Shown: piece by piece, positions 41,245 to 54,500 of the stretch | Layout of the letters: every line of letters starts with the position of its first letter | Numbering within the stretch: position 1 is the stretch's first letter | From: Rebecca billardiae RCC1528 | Taxonomy: Eukaryota; Protista; Haptophyta | Length of the DNA stretch: 64,000 bases | Assembly (NCBI GenBank): GCA_965240325.2 | Contig: OZ251237.1 | Coordinates: 62,001 to 126,000, forward strand | Direction: 5' to 3' | Translations under genes and position numbers: made by a program | The notes under the pieces: generated by a model | What the model was told of the DNA's origin: nothing | What the model saw: the letters and a program-made list of their open reading frames with translations, nothing else | Database searches by the model: none

Positions 41245-42621
41245 TCATATCTTCACGTTGATGCGCCACGGCCGGCGGAAGGACGGCATCAGCGTCGGCC
41301 GCTCAGCCCAGCTCGCGGCCAGCTCGGTGCACGCGCGCAGCGCGCGCTTGCGGCTCGCGCGCGACGCGAGCGCCGCGGCGCGGCGGCGGTGGCGCGTGCA
41401 TGTCTGCAGGGCCGCGAGCTCCGCCTCGTCCTCGGCGGGGTCAGCGCAAGAGAAGCCGCGGAGCGCGTGCGTGCACAGCGCGAGCAGCGCGCGCGCCGTG
41501 CGCTTCTCGTGCTCTATCGACAGCGCCACGCCCTCGCCCAGGTTGATGGTGAGCGCCTGGTCGGCGGCCGCCGCGGCGCCGGAGCGCGCGGCCGAGGCGG
41601 CGGAGGCCGCCGCGGCCGCCACCTCGTCTGCGCCGACGCAGAGCGCCTGCAGCAGCAGGCCGAGGTCGTCGCTCGCGCAGCCGCCGTCGAAGATGCACAG
41701 CGGCGCGTCGCCGCCCACACCGGGCACGTCGCCCGCACCGGGCAAGCCCACACCGCGCACGCCGCCATCCGTGACGTCGCCCGCGGCGCGCAGCTGCGCG
41801 CACGCGCGCTCGCTCAGGTAGCCGTACTCGCACAGGCTGGAGAGCACGGCGCGCCGGGTGGGCGCGAGCCCGTCCGCGTCGTCGAGGATGGCGGCGTCGC
41901 GCAGCACCGCGCGCACGCCCGGCGCGCCGAGGCGCACGAAGTCCGACTCGAGCCGCGCGTGCGCCTCGCCGCGCGTCAGCAGCAATCCCTCGTTGGACGC
42001 CCAGCCAAGCGAGACGCTCAGCCGCTCGCCCGCGGCGACGGGCGCGGCCGCGTGCAGCGCGAGGAGGTCGGGCCCGCGCTGGTGGACGAGGCGCGCGCCG
42101 CCGGGCGCGCCGCGCGGGAAGGGCGCGCTCTCGGGCAGCAGGAAGTGCCCCGCGCCGCAGTGCAGCGCGTGCGCGGCGCACAGCTCGAGCGCGGCGCTCG
42201 AGCTGTGCGCGCGCGCCGCCGCAGCCGCGACCAGCTCGGGGTCCTCGAGCGCGGCGAGCTCGTCGGCGCCCCACTTGTGCAGCGGGTCGGGCGCGTCGAA
42301 GGCGGCGGCGGCGCGCGCGCGCGCGCGCTCGTCCGCCTCCAGCAGCCGCGCGAGCGCGGGCAGGCTGTCCGCGCCGAGCGCCTCGGCGCGCGGCACGGCG
42401 AGCAGCAGCTCGCCGCGCTCGATCGGGCGGGCGGCGATCGCGACGCCGCTCGTCACGTCCACGCTGGGGGCGAGGCCGACGAGGCTGGTCGTGGCGTGCG
42501 CGCCGGTCGCCCCGAGAGCCGCCAGGCACGCGAGCACGTGCCGAGCTCGACCATGCCGGTCACGGCCAGCCAGACCGAGGCCGCCGCCGCCGCGCGGCGA
42601 GCACGTGCTTAGTTCGACCAT
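41245..42621 (-). CDS. Divergent SET-domain (Rubisco LSMT-like) protein
   Basis: AARPIERGELLLAVP, AAPVAAGERLSVSLG..NEGLLL, helical C-terminal domain. Start uncertain. Confidence 0.55.
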   Translation of the reverse strand: MVELSTCSPRGGGGLGLAGRDRHGRARHVLACLAALGATGAHATTSLVGLAPSVDVTSGVAIAARPIERGELLLAVPRAEALGADSLPALARLLEADERARARAAAAFDAPDPLHKWGADELAALEDPELVAAAAARAHSSSAALELCAAHALHCGAGHFLLPESAPFPRGAPGGARLVHQRGPDLLALHAAAPVAAGERLSVSLGWASNEGLLLTRGEAHARLESDFVRLGAPGVRAVLRDAAILDDADGLAPTRRAVLSSLCEYGYLSERACAQLRAAGDVTDGGVRGVGLPGAGDVPGVGGDAPLCIFDGGCASDDLGLLLQALCVGADEVAAAAASAASAARSGAAAAADQALTINLGEGVALSIEHEKRTARALLALCTHALRGFSCADPAEDEAELAALQTCTRHRRRAAALASRASRKRALRACTELAASWAERPTLMPSFRRPWRINVKI

Positions 42622-42809
42622 TGCCGGTCACGGCCACCGTGGCGTCGTCGGCCGTGGCCGGCACCTGGGCTTTCGTGATCACACAGTCCGGGCCGGGGGG
42701 CCGGCCCGCCGGCGCCGCAACCGTCCGGCATGCGTCCGGAGGTGGCGATCTGAGCCGATTCGATCGGTCCGATATTGTACGGCGGGTCTCAGGGCCGCGA
42801 AAAGGCGCG

Positions 42810-45238
42810 ATGGCGGGGTTCGGCGCGCTCGGCGTTCGGCGCGCGCTTGCGCTCGGCCGTCAGCTGCGCTCGGCCGGGATGTCGAGCTCGGCCAAGGTGA
42901 AGGCACCGCCCATGGTGTACATCAAGGGCGAGGAGATGACCGCGTACGCCATGCGCCTCATCGTCGAGAAGTGGGTCGACCCGCACCTCGACACGAGCGA
43001 GTGGGAGTGGTACGACCTCTCCTGTGCGCGCACGCACCTCGGGCGCGGCGGCGCGGCGTGCGCGGCGCGGGGCGCGCGCGCGCGCGTGCCCACCGCCCGC
43101 GCCCACCGCCCCGTCCGTGCGCAGGCAAGGCGCGCGACGACTCGGAGGACAAGGTGCTGCACGCCGCGGTCGAGGCGGGCGCGCGCATCGGCGCCATCTT
43201 CAAGGAGCCGACGGTGCGGCGCGCGCGCGCACGCACGCGCACGCACACGCACGCACACCGCAGCCCGCGGCGCGCCCCGCCCCGCCCCGCCCGCCGTCCC
43301 CGCTCCCACCCGCCGGACGCCCTCCCTCCCTGCCGCCTGCGCGCGCGTGCCCGCAGATCACGCCCACCGCCGTGCAGCAGAAGGAGCTCGGCCTCAAGAA
43401 GGCGTGGGGCTCGCCCAACGGCGCCATGCGCAAGGGCTGGAACGGCATCACCATGTGCGCGCATGCACGCGCACGCGCACGCACGCACGCACGCGCGTGT
43501 GTCGACCTCGAGCCCGCGTTCACCTCCCCCGTCGCCCGCGCACGCACGCACGCACACGCGCACGTGTGCACGCGCGCGCGCGCATCGACCTCGAGCCCGC
43601 GCTCACCTCCCCTGCCGCCGCCCGCGCCCGCGCCCGCGCCCCGCCCGGGCCGCAGCTCGCGCGACACGATCCACATCGACGGGATGGAGCTGGGCTTCAA
43701 GGAGCCCGTGCTCTTCGAGCGGCACGCGGTCGGTGGCGAGTACGGCGCCGGCTGGAAGGAGGTGGGCAAGGGCCGGCTCGTGACCAAGTTCTACCCGGAG
43801 GACCGGTACGGCGACGCGATCACCGTCGACGAGCGCGTGCTCGTGGACGACCACAACGTCGCCGTCGTGTACCACAACCCGTGCGCGCGCGGCGCGCGCG
43901 CGCGCCGGCCGCGCCTCCGCACAGCCGGCCGCCCTCGTCACCCCCGCCGCTCACGCGCAGGCCGGCGTGAACGACCGCCGCCGCCGCCGCCGCCGCTTTG
44001 GCGTGTCCGTGTCTGCCGCCACAGGTACGACAACATCGTCGACCTCTCGCACCACTTCTTCAAGCGCTGCCTCGAGGCCAAGGTGCGGAGAGGGCAGGGC
44101 GTCACGGGGGCGCGCTGCCCGTGTGCACAGCACGCGGCGTCGCCGGGCGGGAGCCCTGAGTGTGCCGACCGTCAGCACATCAGGCACACGCCACGCTGAG
44201 CCCCGCGCCGGCCCCGCCCCCCGCTCGTCGGCTCGCAGGTGACCCCGTACGTCGTGACCAAGAAGACCGTCTTCAAGTGGCAGGAGGGCTTCTGGCAGAC
44301 GATGAAGGAGGTCTTCGACTCGCACTACAAGGCGGACTACCAGAAGGCAGGGCTGCTCGACGGCTGCGGCGGCGAGCTGCCGCACCTGATCTCGGACGCG
44401 GCGACGATGCAGATCATCCGGTGGACGAAGGGCGGGTTCGGCATGGCGGCGCACAACTACGACGGCGACATGCTCACCGACGAGGTCGCGCAGGTCCACC
44501 GCTCCCCCGGCTTCATCACCTCCAACCTGATCGGCAAGCGCGACGACGGCGCGATGATCAAGGAGTTTGAGGCGTCGCACGGCACGGTCGCAGACCTGTG
44601 GCACGACCACCTGGCGGGGAAGGAGACGTCGCTCAACCCGCTCGGGATGGCCGAGGCGCTGATGGGCGCGATGCAGCACGCCGCAAACCTCGACACGACC
44701 AACAAGGCCTTCATCTACAACTACACAAACATGCTGCGCACGGTGCGCGCGCCGATGCGCACGCGCGCACCGCCGCGCGCGTGCGCCGACGCGCGCGCGC
44801 GCGACGGCCGCCGCGTGCGCGCCCCGCGCGCCCCGCTGATCGCGCGCGCGCGGCGCGGCGGCGCGCGCCCGCGCGCACCGGCAGGCGATGCACAAGACGA
44901 TGGTGTACGGGCAGGGCACGCGCGACCTGTGCGGCCCCGAAGGCCTCACCACCGAGGACTTCATCGACAAGGTCGCGTGGAGGCTCGAGCGCTACCTCAA
45001 GATGAATGAGGAGGAGCAGGACGAGCGCCGGCGCGCGCCCGTGCGGCCGAGCCCAAAGTTCCGGCGCAACTACAACGTGGACGAGGAGGCGGTGAGCCGG
45101 ATGTTCAAGGAGTACGACACGGACAACAACGGCAGCATCGACCTCGGCGAGTTCACCGAGATGATCGTCAAGCTCGGCATCGCGCCGACCGAGCACGTGA
45201 TCGAGGACCAGCCCAAGCAGGAGAAGTGGGACGCCTGA
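42810..45238 (+). CDS. IDH: Type II isocitrate dehydrogenase with C-terminal EF-hand, mitochondrial-like presequence (multi-exon)
   Basis: VYIKGEEMT, KEPTITP, WGSPNGAMR, KKTVFK, NYDGDMLTD, EASHGTV, SLNP; EF loop DTDNNGSIDLGE. Confidence 0.9.
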
Positions 45239-45829
45239 GCGGGAGCAGAGCCCACGGCGGGCCCGGGGAGCGAGCTGGCATCGGGCCGTCTCGCGCGGAC
45301 GGTGCGCAGCCCGAGACTCGCGCCTGACCCGACGAGCGAGTCGGCGGGCGCGCGGGCCGAAATGGGCAGCCCAGCCGTCCTTTAGGTCTGCCCATTTCGG
45401 GCCGTCCGGACTCAGCACCGAGCACGGTCAGCATGAGTAGCATACTGCCGACGTCATGTACATGTTCAACGCGCACAGGTCGCCCCGAGGCGCACCGTGG
45501 CGCACCGCTGCCAAGGTGCGCCGCCATCGTGTCCCAGTCGTAGCATTTTCACTACGGGCTGGCGGCCTTGGATTCCTCGAATCATCGATTCCTCGGGATG
45601 CAAATTCCAAAGTTTCCGTGCCGTCCAGCCCAGGACCCGACCGCCGTAGATTAGAAAAAGATTCTCGCGGAAACATCGGTTTTCGCGGGCAGCACACCGG
45701 ACTCCCCGTGTCCCGGCCGACCGGTTGCGTGGTCCTAGACGCATCTTTCCTTGCACCGCGTGTTTGGGTCCCCCCGTTATCGCCGACCGCATCCGCTCGC
45801 TCATCGACCCGACGACGACGACGCAGAGC

Positions 45830-46522
45830 ATGGACGCGCTACTCCGCCTCGTCGCAGACCTGCTGGCCATCATGCCAGGCGCTACCGATGTCATCGCGCT
45901 GCTGACCCACCCGATGGCGATCGTCGCGCTGCTTGCGCTCGCCCTCCTCGTCACCGCGGCCATCGTTGCGGCGTGGATCAAGCTCGGCGGCACGCGCACC
46001 GCGCACTTTGAGCAGACGATCGAGGGGCCGTTCGTCCTGTACTACAAGGAGCACACCGGCCCTTTCCCGAGCTCTGGCCAGCTATACCAGCAGCTCGACT
46101 CGCTGCGCAAGCAGTGCGGTGCCAAGCGGCTGGGCGGTCTTTACTTTGACAACCCGTGCCTGATGCCCGCGGACAAGTGCCGCGCGCGCATCGGCGTCGT
46201 GTGCACGCTGTACGAGAGCGCCGAGTGGGATGGCGTCTTGCTCGACGCTGGCCTGAAGAAGCACGAGCTGCCGTACTGCAAGTACCTCACCGCCTCGTGG
46301 ATCTACCCCACGCGCTTTGCATCGATCGCCGTGCCGATCGCCATGCGCACCATCTACCGCACTGCGAAGGAGCGCCGCGCCGCTCTGAAGGACACGTTCG
46401 GCGTGCTCGAGCTCTACGAGCCGAGCAAGGACCTTCCAGCTGGCGAGGCACTTGCGAAGGTGTGCTACGCCGCGGAGAAGGACTTTGCGTTCACGCATCC
46501 GGCGGATGTGGCGGCGCAGTGA
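45830..46522 (+). CDS. TEX264-like protein (N-terminal TM plus GyrI-like domain)
   Basis: Hydrophobic N-terminus; YYKEHTGPF, GLYFDNP..KCRARIG, IYR, LELY. Confidence 0.65.
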   Translation: MDALLRLVADLLAIMPGATDVIALLTHPMAIVALLALALLVTAAIVAAWIKLGGTRTAHFEQTIEGPFVLYYKEHTGPFPSSGQLYQQLDSLRKQCGAKRLGGLYFDNPCLMPADKCRARIGVVCTLYESAEWDGVLLDAGLKKHELPYCKYLTASWIYPTRFASIAVPIAMRTIYRTAKERRAALKDTFGVLELYEPSKDLPAGEALAKVCYAAEKDFAFTHPADVAAQ

Positions 46523-47238
46523 GTGAGAGAGTTACAGGCCCCGTGCACAATCGGCACTATACTGCCTTGCCAGGCTTATGTACAGTCTATCACCATTGTC
46601 TGGTGTAGCATCGTCGTCGGGCCTGAGCTGTCGTATTACACTATCTACATTGCCACGCCACGCACGCGCGAAATGTCAATGTGCGCGTGCAGCGCAACTA
46701 CCAGGCCCGAGCCGAGCCTGCTCGGCAGCCGCCAGCTGGCAGCTGGGCACCGCGGAGCGCGGCGCATCCGACAGATGACCGCGACGACGCGGACTCGACG
46801 GTCCGACGGCGTCCGCGGTGGCGCGACGATTCACGATTCAAGAGTCGCTCATCAGTGTCAGAGGTAGTCATCAATAATTCATTAGGAGCGCTTATTGATA
46901 AACGCACACGACTACCGCCGCGGCGGGCAGATCGCCGGCGCCGCACGCCGCCGCAGCTGAATAATGTCGTGCGTCGTCGCGACACACCTCACAAGTCACA
47001 TGCTGATGCGGCGTGAAAGTGAAGGCGTCTCCGGTACTCGAGTACCAGGATCTGCACGCCCGCACTGGTACCGGAGCGGAGGTCGTCATCAGCCGAGCAC
47101 GCCAGGCGCTGCACTGTGCATCATACCCTGCATTACCCACTGCATCATACCATCGGCGGGGGTGGGGGCGCACGATGCTGAAACTGCAGCCGACTCTCGG
47201 CTCTGACTTCAGGAGCCGGAGGTGGTGGCGCACGATGC

Positions 47239-48357
47239 TCAAACCGCCTCGCTCCGACTCCGGAAGCAGACGCTGGTGGCGCAGGCTTTGGGTGTGGCCT
47301 TGCCTGTGCTCTCCGGCTGCCAGGAGGGAGGGCAGGCGAATCGCTGGACGAGGGCCATGACGAGCCGCCTTTGGTCGGCTCCACCAACGCCTCTCGGCGC
47401 TGATGCCTGGTTCGCACGCGCACAGTGACACGCAGACCGAGCCAAGAACGCCTGCGACGAGGGCCGGGCCGTAATAGGTCGGGTACTCGGCTCTGAGGTC
47501 GGCTCAGAGGTCGGTAGACGCGGATGCGGACCTGGTGGTAGCCCAGTAGCGTTCTGCAGCGCGATGCGAGACGTGCTGATGGATGCTTTTGGGGGCGGCG
47601 CTGAGGCAGGAGGCGGGCCGAGCGGCTCAGCACGATCTGTTCGCCACCAGGGCGGTGGTGTGATGGGCGGCGACGGGGGCAGTGGCGGGGCAGGTTGCTG
47701 CGGTGGCGTAGGTGCTGGCTGTGGCGGCGGGACTGGCGGCACTGACGGCTGTGGTGGCGACGGGCTCGGCGGTGCAGCCGGTGGCGGAGGTGGTGGCGAT
47801 GATGGCGGTGGCGCAGACGGTGGTCTGGGTGATGGCATGGAGGGAGGCGGCAGAGGTGGTGGCGATGACGGCGTTGCACTTGGTGGCGCAGACGGTGATC
47901 GCTGCGGTGATCGCTGCGGTGGGGGTGACCATGAGCGCGGAGGGCTTGGCGGCGGCCATGGAAATCGTGGCACGATCGTGCCAGCATCCCAGATCGCGAA
48001 CGTGTCCCGCGGCTGTCTTTGCGCCACGTCATGCTCGGTGCAGCCAATGCATAGATGAGTGGCATTGTCATATGCGACGGCTGCGTAGCCCTCGCCGTGC
48101 CGGCCGCGCATCGCATATGCGCATGCTTTCACAGACCATATCGATGGGATCGCGGCCGTTCGGCCGCACGCGAACCGATCATACAGCAGCGTGCTCGGTG
48201 GCACGCGGCCAGCCTCCTCGAGCGTGATGACATCTGCCGTGGCTGGGAGCACGCATGCGAAGGCGAAAACCCACACCACCATCCGCCAAACCACGCCCAC
48301 ACCACGCGGAGCTCGGCGGATGGCCGCCGGCATTTGTGGAAGGACTGACCGAGTCAC
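47239..48357 (-). CDS. Secreted Pro/Ser-rich (PPSP) protein
   Basis: Signal-like VVWVFAFACVLPATA, a small Cys domain and a long PPSP tract. 3' end uncertain. Confidence 0.5.
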   Translation of the reverse strand: MTRSVLPQMPAAIRRAPRGVGVVWRMVVWVFAFACVLPATADVITLEEAGRVPPSTLLYDRFACGRTAAIPSIWSVKACAYAMRGRHGEGYAAVAYDNATHLCIGCTEHDVAQRQPRDTFAIWDAGTIVPRFPWPPPSPPRSWSPPPQRSPQRSPSAPPSATPSSPPPLPPPSMPSPRPPSAPPPSSPPPPPPAAPPSPSPPQPSVPPVPPPQPAPTPPQQPAPPLPPSPPITPPPWWRTDRAEPLGPPPASAPPPKASISTSRIALQNATGLPPGPHPRLPTSEPTSEPSTRPITARPSSQAFLARSACHCARANQASAPRGVGGADQRRLVMALVQRFACPPSWQPESTGKATPKACATSVCFRSRSEAV

Positions 48358-48635
48358 CGATGCGACCGGCTCACCGGCCCGGCAGGTGGTCGCGGCCCAA
48401 GCTGAAAGTTCTTCTGGTCACCCCGGAATTCCGGGTGGGAATCGCTGTGCAAGCTTCCGGCTGGTCAGGAGAGCTCGTCCGGATGAGACATGCCGAGGCG
48501 GCACGACCGCGCGGGATCTCAGATCCCGCTTTCTGACTTTCGGAGCCTGCTCACGAACGAGCGGGGGCCGCTTCGTCATGGCAGACGAAGCGATGAAGTG
48601 AACGAAGCGCGAACGAAGTGCACGAAGCGCGGCAT

Positions 48636-49503
48636 ATGACAGCGCCGGCCGCCGACACTTTGTCGGAGCGGCGCCCTGACTACCTCTTCAAGCTATGCCT
48701 CATCGGCGACTCGGGCGTGGGCAAGTCGAACATGCTCTCGCGATTCACGCGCGACGTCTTCCACCTCGAGAGCAAGTCGACGATCGGCGTCGAGTTTGCG
48801 ACGCGCTGCATCGAGCACGAGGGCAAGGTGATCAAGGCGCAGATCTGGGACACCGCGGGGCAGGAGCGCTATCGCGCGATCACGAGCGCGTACTACCGCG
48901 GCGCCCTCGGCGCGCTGCTCGTGTACGACATCTCCAAACGCGGCACGTTTGACAACGTCGAGCGATGGCTGCACGAGGTGCGCGAGCAGGCGGACCAGTC
49001 TATCGTGGTAATGCTCGTCGGCAACAAGTCCGACCTGAAAAACGCGCGCCAGGTCCCGATGGACGTGGCGCGCGAGTTCGCGCAGACGGCGGGCCTCAAC
49101 TTCATCGAGACCTCCGCCCTGGAGGGGCAGAACGTCGAGGAGGCCTTCCACGAGATCCTCGCAGGTGCGAGCGCGCGCGCGCGTGGGCGCGTGGGCGCGT
49201 GGGCGCGTGGGCGCGCGTGGGCGCGTGGGCGCGTGGGCGCGTGGGCGCGTGGGCGCGTGGGCGACACGCGGTGGGTCGCCTTGCACGCCGCGGGCGACCG
49301 CGCGCCGCGCGCACCATGCGCGCGTTTGACGCCGCCGCTCCCGCGCGCCTGCGGCAGAGATCCACTCTCACGTGAGCCAGCGCGAGCTCGAGGCGTCCTC
49401 CAGGCGCGAGCCGCTGCCAAAGGGGATGCAGCTGCCCGTGGAGGGCGAGGCGCAGGGCACCGGCCCGTCGAGCACAGGCCTGCCCAAGGTGAAGTGCTGC
49501 TAG
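48636..49503 (+). CDS. RAB11: Rab11-family GTPase (2 exons)
   Basis: [49 protein letters not shown]; exon 2 ends KCC-stop. Confidence 0.95.
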
Positions 49504-49716
49504 CTAAAGTCTGGAGACGGTGTCGTCGGAGGCTGCTGTGCGGCTGGGCCGTCGCTCGATGATCGAAACGCCGCCGCGGAAAACTGAAATAACTCGCTCC
49601 GCGACAGCCAAGGTTGGCGGCGGCCTATACTAGCTACTGTCGAGATACATCAGACGATACTCTCAGACGATACTCTGATGCTGAGACGTAGAAGCGGCGA
49701 CATCAGTAGCCGCGCC

Positions 49717-51275
49717 CTACCGCCCTTCAGGTGCGCCGCCCAAGCGCGAGCCGCTCCCGCCGCGCTCGTGCCCGCTCCCGCTTTGCTCGCGCGCGTCGCC
49801 GCGGTCGAAGCTCACCGCGCGCACGCGATTGCGCTCGTCGGGCGAGATGCGCGGCAGGTCCGGCCGGCGCGCGTCGAGCGTCTTGTACTCGACCGGCACG
49901 GTCGGGTCGTGGTCGTCCACGTCGCGCAGCTGGTAGTCGATGTGCACAAAGCAGCGCTCCACGTCGTCGAGCGACTCGATCTTGTGCTGCAGCCGGATCC
50001 CCACGTCGTGGCTGTCGCGCAGCGGCGTGTCCTCGGGCATCACGATCTCGAGCTCGACGAGGAACTTGGGCCCAAAGTGGTACGCACGCACAATGTCGAG
50101 CGACACGTTCGGGTCGTGCGTCTCCGCCATCTCGCGCACCTGACGGGCGCGTGCGCGGGGCGCGGCGCGTGAGAGTTGCCCGCCCGCCGTCCCCCGCCTC
50201 GCTCGCCCATCTCTCTCTCTCTCGCGCGCGCGCGCCCTCGCACGCGCGTGTGTACGCGCGCGCACGACGTCGAGGAACTCTGCGTGCGCCGTCTTTCCGA
50301 TGATCATTTCGACCTGCTCCACGCCGGTGCGCGCCCAGCTCACGATGATGTACAGGGAGATGAGGAGCGCGCCGATCGGGTCGCACACCCAGAGGGAGGG
50401 GCGGATCTGGGTGGAGAGCGCGGCGAGCACGGCGGCCGAGTTGGAGAGCACGTCGTTCAGGTTGTCCTGCGCCACCGCCTCCACCGTCACGTTCGCCGTG
50501 CGCGCGTGCACCGCCTTACACCACACGTACAGCGCAAGCTTGGTGAGCACGGTGCCGAGCATGAGCGCGAGGTCGAGCCAGCGCAGGTCGAGCAGCCGCA
50601 TGGTGCCCTGCGTCGCGGCGGTGAAGAGCTCGGCGGAGGCGTCGCGGATGACCTGCAGCGACGCCATCGCCATCAGCAGCGCGCACGTCACCACGCCCAC
50701 CGGCTCGAGCCGCGAGCGCCCCGCCGGGTACGCCACGTCCGTCTGCCGGCCCGGCACGCGCTGCGACGCGCGGTTCGCCCTGCGGGGTTGGCAGGCAGGG
50801 CGCGCGCGCGGGCGAGGGCGCGGGCGCGGGCGGCGCGCGCGGCTGAGCCGAGGGCGGCTCGGGCGCGCGCGTATACGCGCGCGCGCGCGCACCACATGAG
50901 CACGCCCTGCGCGAGCAGGTCGATCGTCGAGTCGACGAGCGAGGCGAGCACCGCCATCGACCTGCTCTCCACGTACACGTACACCTTGGCGATGAAGAGG
51001 GCGAGGTTGGCCCAGAACGAGATGACGTGCGCGCGGCGGGACAGCTTGTCCAGCGCGCCGAGCGAGAACGCCGACATGGTCGGCTCGATGATCACCGCGC
51101 TCATGCGCGTGTGCGACATCTTGTGCGAGTTGTGCGAGTTGACCGAGAGCGTGGTCGCGCCGCCCGCCTCGGGGTCGGGCGCGAGCAGCTTGGCGCGGAG
51201 CGCCTGCCCGGGGGACGCCGCGCTGGCGTCGGTCGTCATCGTGAGCAAGGCGAGCAGGAGGAGGCCCGATCGCAT
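49717..51275 (-). CDS. Cation diffusion facilitator, Mn-CDF (MTP8/11-like), multi-exon
   Basis: LASLVDSTIDL, RLEPVG, AQDNLND, DPIGA, RAYHFG, ERCFVHIDY. DxxxD in TM2 and TM5. Confidence 0.88.
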
Positions 51276-51553
51276 GCACGAGCTCGCGGCGGCGCGTGAA
51301 TCGGCGGTCGTGCTGCCGGCGCTCCTCAGGTGTTAATCGGCGGCCGTGCTGCCAATCGCCATTCGCGATCTGAGATCTCAAGACCGCCGCTTCAGCTCTC
51401 AGAGGAAGAACCGAAGAAGCCACTTCTGGTACGGAGGCCATCCGGACTCTCGTGAGCCCGGCGCACGACTGAAGAACTGAAGCCGTCTGAAGGCGGTGCC
51501 GCCGCCATCGCGCCTCTGATCCGCGGCACCGGGCGTCGGTGCCGCGGCGCGCG

Positions 51554-54500
51554 ATGTGGGCGGCTCTGGAGGAGCTGCAGAGCTCGGCGAAGAAGCTGGC
51601 CGATGAGCAGATCCAGTCCTTCCGCGAGGAGCACGAGGCGTCGATGGCCACCGCCGTCCCCGCCACGCCGGGCGGCGGCGGCGGCGTGCTCGAGGCCGGG
51701 GGCCTTGACGCGAGCGCGCTGCTCACGCCGCTCTCGTCCGCGGTGGTGCGCGCGCGCGTCGTGCGCACAGGCGGCGCGCGCCGCGCTCCGCTCACTCGCC
51801 GCGCCGCCACGCCCGCCGCGCGCGCGCGCAGGCGAGCGCAGGCGCCGTGCTCTCCACCGCCGTCTCCGCGTCCGCCGCGGAGGCCGAGCGTGCGGCCGGC
51901 GCGGACGGCGCGGGGCCGGCCGCGCCGGCGCCCCCTGCGCAGCCCCTGCCCTCCCGCCCGCCCGCCGCCGCCTCGCCCACCAGCCCGCGCGCACGCGCGC
52001 TGCGCGACTCGACCGCGGCCGCGCTCCGCGGCCTCAGTCCGGACGAGCTCGTCGAGTTGGCGCAGGAGCATGCGCGCGAGGCGGAGGAGGCGCGGCGCGC
52101 GCTCGAGGCGGCGCGCGCGGCGCACGCGCCGCTCGTCCGCGCCGCCGCGCGCTGCGTCGGCGTGCCCGAGCGCGAGCACGGCGCGGACGCCCTCGCGAGC
52201 GCGCTCGAGCGGCGCTGGGCGGAGTTGGCCGCCGCCGCGCCGCCCGCCGCGCCCGCCACGCCCGCCGCGCCGGGCGCGGCGGCGGTGAACGGCGGCGGCG
52301 GCGGCGGCGGCGCGGAGGCGCGCGCGGCGGCGCTCGACGAGGAGCTGCGCACGCTCAAGGCGCGCACGCTCAAGAAGCTCAAGGCGCTCGACGCGAAGCT
52401 CGCCAAGGCGGAGGCGGACGCGGCCGCGGCGCGCGCGGACGCGGGCGCGGCGCGCGCGGACGCGGACGCGGCGCGCGCCGACGCGGAGGCGGCGCGCGCC
52501 GAGGCGGTGGGCGAGGGCGCGCAGCGGCGCGACGCGCGCGGCGTCGAGGCGGCGGCCGCCGCCGCGCTCGGCGCGGACGTGCGCGCCCTCGAGGCCAGCC
52601 TCGCCGACGCGGGCGCCGACGCGGCGCGCGGCGCCGCCGAGGCCGGCGCGCTGCGCGGCCGCGTCGCCGCTCTGGACGCCGAGCTGGCCGGGATGGCGCA
52701 GCAGCTGCAGCGGGAGCGGCAGCGCGCGGAGGCGGCGGAGGCGGCGGCGGCGGCGGCGGGCGCGGCGCAGGAGCACCCAGCGCGCGCCGCCGCCGAGGAC
52801 GCGGCGGCGGCGCGCGCGGAGCTCGACGCCGCGCTGCGGGCGGCCGCGGACGCGGACGCGGCGGCGCGCGCCGAGGCGGCGCGCGCGGACGCCGCGGCCG
52901 AGGCGGAGGGCTCGGCGCGCGCGGAGGCGGAGCGCGCGTCCGCGGCGGCGGCCGAGTCCGCCGCGCGCGCGGACGCCGACGCCTCCGCGCGCGCCGACGC
53001 GCAGCGCGCGCTCGCCGCCGCCGCCGCCGAGCTCGACCGCGCGCGCGCGCAGTGCGACCAGCTTGAGTCGGCGGCGCGCGACGCGACCGGCGCGCTCGAG
53101 GCGGCGCGCGCGGAGGCGGAGGCGACGCGGCGCGACTCGGGCGCGCTCGCGCTCGCGCTCGCGGCCGTGCGCGCGCGCGAGCGCCGCGCGCGCGCGCGCC
53201 GCGCCGCGCTCGAGGCGCAGCTCGACGCCGCGCGCGCCGAGTCCGCGGCCGCGCGCGCCTCGCTCGAGGCTGCGCATGAAGCGGAGGTTGCGGAGCTGAA
53301 TGCCACGATGGCGGCGCTGGGGGCGGGGCGGCGGGTGGCGGGGGCGGCGGAGGAGGGGCAGCGGGCGGAGGAGGGCGGCGTGGCGCGCGCCGACGCCGAC
53401 GACGCCGCGCCGCACGCCCCGCGCGCCGACGCCGACGCCGACGCTGACGCCGACGCGGACGCGGACGCGGACGCGGGCGCGGGCGCGGGCGCGGGCGCGG
53501 ACGACGCCGACTCGTCGGCGCTGATCGGCGCGGCTCGCGACGCGCTGCTGCGGCGCGAGCGCGCAGAGCACCGCGAGGCGATCGGGCAGCTGATGGCCGA
53601 GGCGGCGCGCTCCGAGGCCGCGCTGCGCGCGCAGATCGAAGCGCTGCGCGCCGAGGCGGGCGCGCACGCGCGCGCCGCGCGCGCGCTCCAGCGGCAGGAG
53701 TCGTGCAGCGCGCGCACCGCCGAGCCGGCGGGCCCGGGCTCGCGCTCGGGCTCGCAGGCGCTGCTCTCGCTCGAAGGGGCGCCGGCGGCGGCGGGGCCGG
53801 GCGGCGGCGCCGCGTCCGAGTGGGCCGCGCCGGCGGACGGCGCGGCGGCCATGCTGGCGGAAGGGGGCGGCGCGGCCGACGGCGGCGGCGGCGGCGGCGC
53901 CGACGGCGGCGGCTGCTCCTCGCCCGCGCCCTCCTCCTCGGCGCGCACGGCGCCGCTGTGTGGCGGCGGCGCGGGCGCGAGCGCGGCCGCGGCGGCCGCG
54001 CGCGCCGCGCTCGCCGAGCTGCGCGCCGAGCTGGCCGCGGCGCGCAACGAGGCGCGGCGCGCGGCGGACGCGGCGGGCGCGCACGCGGCGGAGGGCGCGC
54101 GCGCCGCGGCGGGCGCGCTCGCCGCGGCGCACGCGGCCGCGTGCGCCGACGCCGCGCGCGCCGCGGCGCAGCCGCTGGCGCAGGAGCTGGCGGCCGCGCG
54201 CGCCGACGCGGCCGCGCTCGGCGCGGCGCTCGCCGACGCGGAGGCGCAGGCGGCCGAGGCGGCGGCGGCGCGCGCGGCGGCGGAGGCGGGCGCGCGCGCG
54301 GCGGAGGCGCGCGCGGCCGAGCTCGGCGCCGAGCTCCGAGCTGCCGCCGCCGCCGCCGCCGAGGCGGGCGCGGGCGCGGAGGCGGAGGCGCGCGGCGCGG
54401 CCGAGCGCGCGGCGGCGGAGGCGCGCGGCGCGGCCGAGGCGGCGGCGGCGGCGGAGGCGCGCGCGGCCGCCGCCGAGCGCGCGGCGGACGCGCAGCGCGC

